From the IMG/VR virus record IMGVR_UViG_3300028591_000073, positions 192,001 through 256,000 of that record: DNA of 64,000 nucleotides; one strand, written 5' to 3'. The position numbers and the translations under genes were made by a program. How positions within the stretch are numbered: the stretch's first letter is position 1; each line of letters begins with the position of its first letter. Origin of the DNA: a virus. Lineage: Duplodnaviria > Caudoviricetes. The notes under the pieces were generated by a model. It saw only the letters and a list, made by a program, of their open reading frames with translations, had not been told where the DNA came from and searched no databases. Shown one piece after another: positions 19,802 through 28,442 of this stretch.

Positions 19802-21730
19802 TTATTGTTGTGAAATTCTAGTATGTCGATTGACAATTGTATGGAATGCGTTTGTCATGGATTCACCCATGTTATAGAATATATTTTCATAATAGGATGC
19901 AGCCAATGCCAATCTGGTCACTAAACGAGCTGCAGAATTAGAACGGTATTTATCAACACCTGTACATTGTGCAATGTAATCAAACATGGTTTGGTTATTC
20001 AAGAAATATGCCGGTTTGTTCATTGGTGTTGTTACCATCGTATGACATAAGTCTGTAATTTGCATTGTAACATTAATTGACAAAGGATATCCATTCACAC
20101 TTAATGCATTTCCTTCCGGATTTTTTTGTACACTAACAGATGTGATCATTCCCAATCTCGTTCCCCACACACCTGGGATGCTGCATTGAATGAGTGGCGG
20201 ATATTGATATGCTGCAGCGGAGTGCTCTGACATCTTTGGTAGACACATTCCCAAGATGTGAAACAAGGGAACAAGTACCTCTGTAAGATAAGTATACGGA
20301 TCACCACGTGAAGCACGAAGTTTTACGGAAACGGACATGCCGGATGTAGCCGAAGCTTCGGTGAAAATCTGTGGATAGATGGTATGGTCGCCCAAATAAG
20401 AACGAGCCATACTTGAAAATGCAGAAGCCGTGAATCGACCAACACCAAATGTCAATGCTTGCATGACTCCTTCTGCTGCATTAATTGCAGAACCGGCTAA
20501 TGACACAACTTGGTCATCAATAACATTTGCGGATGAGTTTGTAATAAATGCCAACTCAGCACCAATTGCCGATCCTTGTTTCATGACGCTGGAATAGATC
20601 TGTGATTCACCAACATTGTTTGTGTATGATTCTGATTCTGTTACAGTATCAATCATAAAGGAAACATATTGATTTGTTTCTCCGGCCATATTATCAATAT
20701 TGGTTGCAGTTCCAACACCCTTACCGTCCATATCGGATGTGATATAACGATAATTTGTCCACACATCATCTGCACCAGATTCATATCGAACATGCATGCC
20801 GATTGGATATAATTGGTTGCCGATACGAACACGTGCACTCTGTAATCCAAGCATCACGACAGCTGCATTAATCATCATTTTTACATTATTGATGTACGTC
20901 TGCCAGTCTGCTTCAAAGGTGTAAAATGGTTGATTTACGGATAAAGAATGAATCAATGGAACACCGAGACCAACCAATCGAGAATCGAAGTTTTCCATGA
21001 ATTCATCTGCACCACGGGTAATTTTATCCCATGCAAGTGATTTGATATCCGATGCCAAATCATTTCCATAATCACCATAATCGCCATATCGACTGGATAA
21101 TTCTGCTTGGTCAACATAAGTAATACGATTGGAACCTCCAACACCGTTGTCTTCTTCTGTATTTGTGATGCTTTGTGCTGTGGAAGCCACACCAGCTAAT
21201 GCATCTTGTACAGCACCAACACCTGTTGCGGTGACTTCACCACTATCTGATGTGGTTTCTGTTGCTTCTTCCGTGGTTGTTTCTGAAGTGGTTTCTAATG
21301 GAATCTTTTCAGCAGCCAATGCTTGTTCGATCAAGGTGTCCATTTCTGCAGTGGCTATTTTGGATGGTGCACCTGCTGGAGCAACTGCATCACCTGATGT
21401 GTTAAAAACATCATATCGATCCAATGCCACTTGGTATGTTTTGAATTGACGAATGATATCTGCAATGGAATTATAACCGCCTGTAAATAAAGCTCTACCA
21501 ACAAAGAAATTGGCAACTTGTGCTGGTTTTAATACATTATTTCGATACCAATCTCCGGTAGCTCCTTCATTCTGACCATCCATTGATGAATCAATTCTCA
21601 TATCACATAAATCGGATAATTGTGGAGGTGATCCAAATAAACGTGGAGAATAGTTTGGTTCTATTGGATTATTTTGAACAAATGATTCTTTTGATTTCGC
21701 TTGTCCTAATCCAGGTAAAAAGAATGACAT
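19802..21730 (-). CDS. virion structural protein (baseplate/tail-tube-initiator-like)
   Basis: 642 aa; C-terminal PPLIQCSIPG...GMITSVSV...GYPLSINVTMQITDL resembles myophage tube-initiator/baseplate proteins. Confidence 0.5.
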   Translation of the reverse strand: MSFFLPGLGQAKSKESFVQNNPIEPNYSPRLFGSPPQLSDLCDMRIDSSMDGQNEGATGDWYRNNVLKPAQVANFFVGRALFTGGYNSIADIIRQFKTYQVALDRYDVFNTSGDAVAPAGAPSKIATAEMDTLIEQALAAEKIPLETTSETTTEEATETTSDSGEVTATGVGAVQDALAGVASTAQSITNTEEDNGVGGSNRITYVDQAELSSRYGDYGDYGNDLASDIKSLAWDKITRGADEFMENFDSRLVGLGVPLIHSLSVNQPFYTFEADWQTYINNVKMMINAAVVMLGLQSARVRIGNQLYPIGMHVRYESGADDVWTNYRYITSDMDGKGVGTATNIDNMAGETNQYVSFMIDTVTESESYTNNVGESQIYSSVMKQGSAIGAELAFITNSSANVIDDQVVSLAGSAINAAEGVMQALTFGVGRFTASAFSSMARSYLGDHTIYPQIFTEASATSGMSVSVKLRASRGDPYTYLTEVLVPLFHILGMCLPKMSEHSAAAYQYPPLIQCSIPGVWGTRLGMITSVSVQKNPEGNALSVNGYPLSINVTMQITDLCHTMVTTPMNKPAYFLNNQTMFDYIAQCTGVDKYRSNSAARLVTRLALAASYYENIFYNMGESMTNAFHTIVNRHTRISQQ

Positions 21731-21782
21731 ATCTCATTACTCCTTTCTATACGTATAAGATTATTTAAGCGTCTATATATGG

Positions 21783-21978
21783 ATTTTATCATAATAATAA
21801 TAAAAGTTAGAATATACATACTATTGACGGGATAATAACGACGGAGGAGTTATTATCCTTATATAATATACATTGTATACAATAAGGAATTAATAATAGT
21901 TATAGTTTAGATATACTATATAGAATTCCATTTGTATACAGAAGAAAACAGTTACAAAAGTCGCGATGGAAAAGCCTT
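21783..21978 (-). repeat. non-coding inverted repeat, copy B (partner 7180-7370)
   Basis: Exact 37-nt and 23-nt reverse-complement blocks plus weaker colinear matches. Confidence 0.85.
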
Positions 21979-22022
21979 ATATGATAACCCGCCGAAAGGC
22001 GGGTATTCTATTATTCTCTCTT

Positions 22023-22048
22023 TTCATATAGATATCATTAATATGATA
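22023..22048 (+). promoter_or_regulatory. putative early promoter motif, copy 4
   Basis: TTCATATAGATATCATTAATATGATA preceded by TTCTATTATT. Confidence 0.7.
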
Positions 22049-22092
22049 TAGAAATATATCAAAATAAATTTATTTATAAGGAGGCTTTCAAT

Positions 22093-22905
22093 ATGAAAGT
22101 TAGAACTGGAAATTTCGAATTTGTGACAAACATTAATGACGACATCCGTTATGACACATTGAACAGGTTGTGCAATATCTCCAATGAGAATGTGGAGCTT
22201 GTGTACGGCATCGATTACGAAAAGCATGCCGCACACCATTACAACAAGCTCAGCCATGTTCATAATGGTATGAAATATTGGGTAGACGCTATCATGCCAG
22301 AGCATGCGGATGTCAAAACCGGGTTTGCCATTGATGTTCTTCATAAGGGAAATGATACATGGACAAAATCAAGTATTTCAATTTTCCCGATTGAAGATGG
22401 TGTGAAAAGAGAGAAACCAGTTGTTCAATTTGAGCAAACAAAGGGGTTCGAAAATCTTTTCCATGCAAGAAATGGCATGGTGCTCTCAACATGGGTACAT
22501 GAAACAATCAGATGCCCTGTGGTCCAGTACATTGTTGGTGAGATCAGTTTCTCTGATATCGTTGAGAAGTACATGCTGTACTCAAACATCCCGTGGGATG
22601 GCATGACCACTCTGTTCTCGATGATTACAGAAGAACAGAGAAGACAACTCATCAACGAGCATACGGATACAGATAACAAATGGCATGTGACAGATGTCAT
22701 CTATCAAATTGAACTCCTCGCAAATGCAGAGTTAATGAACAACATGCATGACTATGACGAGTTCAAAAAGAAGTTTAAAAGAGAAGATATCCTTTCCGCA
22801 ATCAGAGATTGCAATCGGAAGGGAAATCACGAACTTCAAATCTTCCTCAATCACTGTGTCCCGCAGGAAACTGAGGAAGATCGGAGAAAGAGATGGGAGC
22901 TGTAA
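22093..22905 (+). CDS. distant member of the C-terminal WEL family
   Basis: RBS AAGGAGG; ends NRKGNHELQIFLNHC...RWEL. Confidence 0.75.
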   Translation: MKVRTGNFEFVTNINDDIRYDTLNRLCNISNENVELVYGIDYEKHAAHHYNKLSHVHNGMKYWVDAIMPEHADVKTGFAIDVLHKGNDTWTKSSISIFPIEDGVKREKPVVQFEQTKGFENLFHARNGMVLSTWVHETIRCPVVQYIVGEISFSDIVEKYMLYSNIPWDGMTTLFSMITEEQRRQLINEHTDTDNKWHVTDVIYQIELLANAELMNNMHDYDEFKKKFKREDILSAIRDCNRKGNHELQIFLNHCVPQETEEDRRKRWEL

Positions 22906-22978
22906 TATGCTCCTGTCTCTATCCCTTCGGGGAATACATGATATCCATCAATATTTTATTTTTCTATTATTTTAATTT

Positions 22979-23004
22979 TTGAAATATATATAATTAATAT
23001 GATA
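22979..23004 (+). promoter_or_regulatory. putative early promoter motif, copy 5
   Basis: TTGAAATATATATAATTAATATGATA preceded by TTCTATTATT. Confidence 0.7.
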
Positions 23005-23217
23005 TCAATGAATATCAAATTCATTTGTTAGTAGATCTAATGCGAAGGGATCGAAAGCAATTGAGGATGATGGAGATATCGGATGAAGCTTACATCCTAA
23101 AAGAAAGCGATCCTTCTCATACCAGCCGAGAAGTAAAATAACGCTGGAGTCACTGGCAACAATACAAAGTGGGACGTCCGAGGATTAGTGAACCTCGCCC
23201 ACAAAGGAGAAATTCTT

Positions 23218-23469
23218 ATGACATTATTCACACTGATTGACAGATTATCCGATAATGACATCTTCGCAATGCCTTTCGATAGCTACACAATCACCCTAGT
23301 CAAGTACAATCACAAAGAAACTGCCGATTACCTCCCAGGCATGGTCTCCATAGGTCAGGTGGAGTACGACCATATCGATGATGCGGTAACCAATCCGCAC
23401 ATCGATATGGACAACGATACCCTCACAGACGCCGACAAGGCTTTGTTGAAGGAGGTGTTCAATCTCTGA
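23218..23469 (+). CDS. small acidic hypothetical protein
   Basis: RBS AAAGGAG before ATG 23218. Confidence 0.65.
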   Translation: MTLFTLIDRLSDNDIFAMPFDSYTITLVKYNHKETADYLPGMVSIGQVEYDHIDDAVTNPHIDMDNDTLTDADKALLKEVFNL

Positions 23470-23474
23470 TCAAT

Positions 23475-23501
23475 CAACCTGAGTAGGTTGTAAAACTACT
23501 C
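23475..23501 (+). ncRNA. H-type pseudoknot motif, single copy
   Basis: CAAC-CT-GAGTA-G-GTTG-TAAAAC-TACTC. Confidence 0.65.
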
Positions 23502-23632
23502 AAAGAAAGGATCACTGTGTAGGTGAACCCTCAGCAATAGTTGAGGCCGCCGATAGCTGATCCGACATCCATACTCGGACTGTCGTGAGACAGCCCTTCC
23601 CGTGTAAATCATCTTAGAAAGGAGGTGATTAC

Positions 23633-23851
23633 ATGAAAAAGAATTTCGTTCTTGGTTCCAGTCTTGATTCAGTTGAAGACGATGTGCTCGGGTTCGCCCG
23701 CAGACACAATCTGACAATTGAAGACAGACGTGAATATGACGAAGAGGGCAGACAGGAATTTGAATGTGACAGATTCATCCCGTCATACCTCAACGTCAAA
23801 TTCATGGATAGAAAGGGAGTCAAAGTCAACGTAACATTTGTTTACGAATGA
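23633..23851 (+). CDS. small hypothetical protein
   Basis: RBS GAAAGGAGGTG; 72 aa. Confidence 0.7.
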   Translation: MKKNFVLGSSLDSVEDDVLGFARRHNLTIEDRREYDEEGRQEFECDRFIPSYLNVKFMDRKGVKVNVTFVYE

Positions 23852-23917
23852 TCTAACTCCAATCTATCTTGGATAAGGACGCCCCGTACGTGGGGGAAGG
23901 ATAATAAATACGCGTAT

Positions 23918-24081
23918 ACAGCCTAGGCATGCTGTTATAAAAACCGCCCACCAAATTGAGGTCCTCGGCATGACCGTCATTAGAAAAGAACTGCCGGTGT
24001 CCTGAGTATGACACCTAGCCAAAAAAGAACTGCTCACAATCCAGGTCCTGAATATGACCTGGATAACAAAAAGAACTATTC
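23918..24081 (+). ncRNA. tandem array of four H-type pseudoknot units
   Basis: Units at 23918, 23960, 23996 and 24039, each S1-CT-S2-N-S1'-A-rich-AAC-S2', with compensatory changes (CGGCA/TGCCG, GAGTA/TGCTC, GAATA/TATTC). Confidence 0.75.
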
Positions 24082-24082
24082 A

Positions 24083-24112
24083 AAAGGAGATCCAAGATCT
24101 CTTTTTTCTTTT
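24083..24112 (+). terminator. intrinsic terminator closing the pseudoknot array
   Basis: AAAGGAGATC-CAA-GATCTCTTT followed by a long T-run. Confidence 0.7.
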
Positions 24113-24280
24113 AACTTTTTTCTTTTTTGGCATGTATATACTTAATTTGACCGAAGGTCAAATTGTAATAATAACATTAATAGAGAATTCATAATATTTT
24201 ATATTTATGGATATATAAAGTTATTATGTACAGACACCTTAGGTCTTGTATAAAATGTCATATGAAAGGAGAAATGCAAT

Positions 24281-25108
24281 ATGCCTATTGCGAGTATCAT
24301 CTCGGGATTAACAGCGCTTGCGGGAAGTGGTATGGCCGTAGCAAAGATGATTCGAGATGATAAACAATCACGATATCCACCGGAATATCTCATGTACAAA
24401 GACATGATGAAAGATGCTCGGAAATATGGATATCCACCGATGGGAATGATGATACAACAACCATTCATTGCTCCCATGGCACAACCACCACAACCAATTA
24501 TGGTGCAACCAGATTTGGTGAATCAGATTCTTCAGGAATATCAGAAACAACAGTTGTCACAAATGATTGCGAATATGGTCACACAAGCCATTCAGAAACG
24601 TTTGAGTCAGCCGCAACAAATGTATGTTCCCAGAAGACCAGATTATGGTTATCAACCTCAACCTGTCCAACCCATCTCGTATGGATATCAACCTCGGGTT
24701 CCACCACCATTACCAAATCTTCAATATTATGCGGAACCGATGTGGGAGACGCCTGCAGATGGAGTCGCTGTCCAAACTCCACCTCCAGCACCATCCCCAT
24801 ATCAACTTGCCTTGGTTCCAAAACCAATTCCCATGCCACAACCACAGCCTCAACCGTATGTCGCTCCGATACCACCACCGCCTCCGAGTGTGAAGTTCTG
24901 CCAGCCTGAACAATTTGTACAACAGCCACAGCCACAGACACCACTTGTGATGCCTGGTAGCGGAAATATGTATCAATCCCAATTATCATGGGAATCGTCG
25001 AATGCTTTTAATGTCGACCAGAATGGTTTGCAGTCATTTATCTCACATTGTGACAATCGACCAAAGGTTCCTGATAATTATGTCGGGAACACATTAGACG
25101 TGTGGTGA
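24281..25108 (+). CDS. Pro/Gln-rich disordered protein with hydrophobic N-terminal segment
   Basis: RBS AAGGAG; PQPQ/PPPP tracts; N-terminal IASIISGLTALAGSGMAVA. Confidence 0.75.
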   Translation: MPIASIISGLTALAGSGMAVAKMIRDDKQSRYPPEYLMYKDMMKDARKYGYPPMGMMIQQPFIAPMAQPPQPIMVQPDLVNQILQEYQKQQLSQMIANMVTQAIQKRLSQPQQMYVPRRPDYGYQPQPVQPISYGYQPRVPPPLPNLQYYAEPMWETPADGVAVQTPPPAPSPYQLALVPKPIPMPQPQPQPYVAPIPPPPPSVKFCQPEQFVQQPQPQTPLVMPGSGNMYQSQLSWESSNAFNVDQNGLQSFISHCDNRPKVPDNYVGNTLDVW

Positions 25109-25205
25109 TAAATATGAAAAACCGATATGACATACGGATACGAAGTCCGACAAAGAATGATGTTCTTTCGAAATCAAAATTATCAATATTAATGGAGGTC
25201 TTATT

Positions 25206-25577
25206 ATGGATATGCACGCATTATCTTCCGACAATGTAAACGCCATCTTTGATGGTATGGTAGCTGGAGCACAGCAGACGCAAGATGCTTATCAGCAAAC
25301 CATGAATACGTTCCAGAGTACTGTTGGTACGCAACAGCCGATGAATGAACCTCGTCGTGCTGATTATTTCCAACAGACATATCAGCCGAGTCCCGGGTAT
25401 CAGAATGGATTCATCAATCCACAACCTGCTATGCAAGCACCCCGTCAGGATTATGGATTTGGATATGACGAAACATCATATGCAACTCCGTATGGCTCGA
25501 TGTTTGGTGGAGCACCACAGCCCATCTCTCAGGACACACAATATTTTGGATTCTATAATCCCGCATATGGAAAGTGA
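25206..25577 (+). CDS. Gln/Tyr/Pro/Gly-rich disordered protein
   Basis: RBS GGAGG; 123 aa low complexity. Confidence 0.75.
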   Translation: MDMHALSSDNVNAIFDGMVAGAQQTQDAYQQTMNTFQSTVGTQQPMNEPRRADYFQQTYQPSPGYQNGFINPQPAMQAPRQDYGFGYDETSYATPYGSMFGGAPQPISQDTQYFGFYNPAYGK

Positions 25578-25586
25578 GGTATCATT

Positions 25587-25949
25587 ATGACATTCCAGGA
25601 ATTTTGTGATAGATTTGCAAATCCTGAACTGATTGAGATTACCTGTACTGATGAGGTTCCACGTGAATTCGTGGAACCCATCCATACTTTGGTGAATCTC
25701 ATCCGTCTCAAGGTGCAGAGAGCAGATACTATCAAAATCTCATTCATTCAGAACAAGTTTGATGACATGAACGAAGTTCGTCGTATCATGGACGAAGTGT
25801 ATCATGGTGAGGTGAACGAATCCATCTCTCAAGCATTATCAAAGAATCTGTATGGATTGGAATTTGGATTATTAACATCATCGGAGATGGCCATTATTAA
25901 AGTTCTGACCATTTACCTTATGATACAAAACGCAACCAATGAATATTAA
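25587..25949 (+). CDS. hypothetical protein
   Basis: RBS GAGGT; 120 aa within an operon. Confidence 0.75.
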   Translation: MTFQEFCDRFANPELIEITCTDEVPREFVEPIHTLVNLIRLKVQRADTIKISFIQNKFDDMNEVRRIMDEVYHGEVNESISQALSKNLYGLEFGLLTSSEMAIIKVLTIYLMIQNATNEY

Positions 25950-25966
25950 TCAAGGAGGAAATTACT

Positions 25967-26632
25967 ATGAGTATCGTAATGCCAAGAGAAAACAACAAAG
26001 CAGGCTGGCAGCCGCTTCCCAACAAATTTTATGAAATCTCCGTTGGAGACATCCAGAAGTATCTGGAAGATGAAATCCTCGGATTCAAGATTGCAACTGC
26101 ATGGAAGAGATGGACTGGCATCTCCGCATACAGCAGCTATCTTCGTATGAGAGTTGTTCTCTCTCCTAAGGATATCGAAGTGTCTGAACATCGTAATGAC
26201 TATGTTGGAAGAGTACTTCGTGAATATTCTGCTGAAAGAAATCTCAACAAGAATGTCATGGATTCTCTCAAGCCATTTATGTATCCGGCTAACATGAAGC
26301 AGATTTATATGGCACAGAACTATGACAAGCTGAAGCATCTGAATGACCTCGGCGTTGTTGGTGATAAGCTGGATGAACTGGTAAACTGGTCTCAGATTAA
26401 CTATGTTCGTGACAACAATACTGGCAAGGATTATTATAGACTCTATCTGGCTCCTGAAAAGATTGTCTTCGATGGATTGACGAATGCAGAAACCGGTAAG
26501 ATTGATGGTACACTGTATATTCGTAGAATCTATGGTACAAAGGAAGAACAGTTCCGTCTGCTGGTAGAACGTGTATTGACAAATAATAGCGTGACCGAAG
26601 ATTTGAGTGTTGACCAGATTTATGCTCTCTGA
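25967..26632 (+). CDS. hypothetical protein
   Basis: RBS AAGGAGG; 221 aa; followed by a hairpin at 26652-26677. Confidence 0.8.
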   Translation: MSIVMPRENNKAGWQPLPNKFYEISVGDIQKYLEDEILGFKIATAWKRWTGISAYSSYLRMRVVLSPKDIEVSEHRNDYVGRVLREYSAERNLNKNVMDSLKPFMYPANMKQIYMAQNYDKLKHLNDLGVVGDKLDELVNWSQINYVRDNNTGKDYYRLYLAPEKIVFDGLTNAETGKIDGTLYIRRIYGTKEEQFRLLVERVLTNNSVTEDLSVDQIYAL

Positions 26633-26718
26633 TAAATAAACCCATGAAAGCAATGGTGGGGCATTTGCCCCACCATTCTGCTTTATTTAACCAATATCAC
26701 ATGAAAGGATGTGATAAC

Positions 26719-27816
26719 ATGAATGTGATTGAATTAAATGAATTGATTGACTTGACAAATCGTTTTTTTGATCATGGAGCATATCCAACGTTGACAATTG
26801 GTGGTATTGTGGGATCACATCCTTTGTCCCATATATTGGATGTTGCAACAGATATGGTTTCTTTTGAAAGCATCCTCATTGTCGAAGGATGTGGGGACTT
26901 TTGTTATATTCCCAAGAAACCAATTCCGAATTACATCCCATATCAACAATTGTTCATCGACATGTTTGTGGAGAATGTAAAGCCATATGATCCATTTGCT
27001 CCTCGTTTATGGGAAGAGAACCAACCGAAAATCAAAGCAGTTGATCAAGAATTCATCCGTCGATTTCAATTGGTCATTATCAACAATGCACATTTAATTG
27101 AACCAGAAATGTTGCGAATGATTGTAGATGTATGTAAATGGAAATCTGTATTGATCGGAGATCCATTTGATGTGGGTGGTGAACCATTTATGGATGCACC
27201 AACGATTGTCAATTGTTTGGAAAAACAATCACCCATTATTGGAATGGCTCGTAAGTTATGGGGTGTGCCAACTTATGCGATTGACAAAAAAGCTCCTGGC
27301 ACGGTAAATAGTGGAAGAGTCACTCGTAAAGGCATTGGTAAATTGGATGGTAGAACGTATATCTCCAATCATCTGGATTTGGTACAAGCAGTACAAGATC
27401 AACAACGAAAACAAGCCTTTCGTAAAGGTCAGAAATTTTTTGTAACAGATGACAGAATTTACAATATCATGGAAGAAAAGAATCATCAATTGCAACATAT
27501 TACCAAGAATGCATTGCTGATTATGGGTCGTACAAATTCTTTATCACAGATACCACAACAATTTCAGATTCACCATTCCAAATATACGATAAGATGTGAT
27601 GTAATCTATGACCATATTGGAACTTATCCAAATGAATGGGATTATCGTATTAAAGTAAAACCGGCGAATATATTATCTGTGGCAGATGCCAAATATCATC
27701 GATATTTCAATACGGTGTTTGTTTGTATTGGAGATGTGTCTAAACGAGAATTATATTCAGTCATGAAGAATTCTGTTAACTTGACACTATGTGGTGTGAA
27801 AGGAGTGAGTGAATGA
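26719..27816 (+). CDS. degenerate SF1B (Dda/RecD-like) helicase-fold protein
   Basis: Motif order of SF1B helicases with eroded catalytic residues: TIGGIVGSHP (I), VIINNAHLI (II), LIGDPFD (III), QSPII (IV), LSVADAK (V), RELYSVMKNS (VI). Confidence 0.5.
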   Translation: MNVIELNELIDLTNRFFDHGAYPTLTIGGIVGSHPLSHILDVATDMVSFESILIVEGCGDFCYIPKKPIPNYIPYQQLFIDMFVENVKPYDPFAPRLWEENQPKIKAVDQEFIRRFQLVIINNAHLIEPEMLRMIVDVCKWKSVLIGDPFDVGGEPFMDAPTIVNCLEKQSPIIGMARKLWGVPTYAIDKKAPGTVNSGRVTRKGIGKLDGRTYISNHLDLVQAVQDQQRKQAFRKGQKFFVTDDRIYNIMEEKNHQLQHITKNALLIMGRTNSLSQIPQQFQIHHSKYTIRCDVIYDHIGTYPNEWDYRIKVKPANILSVADAKYHRYFNTVFVCIGDVSKRELYSVMKNSVNLTLCGVKGVSE

Positions 27817-28439
27817 AACTATTTGGATTCGATATTGTTCGTTGTTCAAAAGCAGACTATCAAGAACTCGACACATATCAGAAAACCACAGTTGAATTAT
27901 ACAATCGACTTGTGGAATATGGTGACTTTACTGCGAGAATCATTGGAAAGCATGATGATAATGAAGAAGTCGTATTACAAATGATTTTTGAACGAACGGA
28001 GACATGTTGCAAATTGATTTTATTATATATGGCAAATCAATATTCTATTCCAATCACATCGTTATCTGTATCGACACGAATGAGTCAACTTCGACAGCAT
28101 GCTTCACAATTACAACAGTATATCTTACAACATCTCACTGTTCAATCCAGAATGGATGAACATAATGAAGATGCTGAATATGAAGAAGAATATGCAGAAA
28201 TCAGAGATGAATATGAAGATGTGAATGTGAAATATTATAAAGCTCGAGATCATTTGGCAAAGGTATTATATTCTGATATCACAGCCATGATATCTGTTGT
28301 ACAATATGATTTCTTCCAAATCATATTCGGAGTAGATATTATCCGAGATAGAAAAAAACGAACGAAAGTTCCTAAAGGTACACCCGCTTTTGAAGTGAGA
28401 ATCTTCAATGAAATTAAATCTGATAACGGAGGTAAATGA
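27813..28439 (+). CDS. hypothetical protein
   Basis: ATGA overlap; 208 aa, predicted helical. Confidence 0.75.
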   Translation: MKLFGFDIVRCSKADYQELDTYQKTTVELYNRLVEYGDFTARIIGKHDDNEEVVLQMIFERTETCCKLILLYMANQYSIPITSLSVSTRMSQLRQHASQLQQYILQHLTVQSRMDEHNEDAEYEEEYAEIRDEYEDVNVKYYKARDHLAKVLYSDITAMISVVQYDFFQIIFGVDIIRDRKKRTKVPKGTPAFEVRIFNEIKSDNGGK

Positions 28440-28442
28440 ATC

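Noticed and set aside
19802-21730. Chimallin (nuclear shell protein), suggested by similar size
   Set aside because: Size alone is not evidence; the C-terminal motifs look like baseplate or tube-initiator proteins.
23918-24081. CRISPR or mini-CRISPR array
   Set aside because: Units are not identical direct repeats separated by unique spacers; variation is compensatory within stems, and no cas genes are present.
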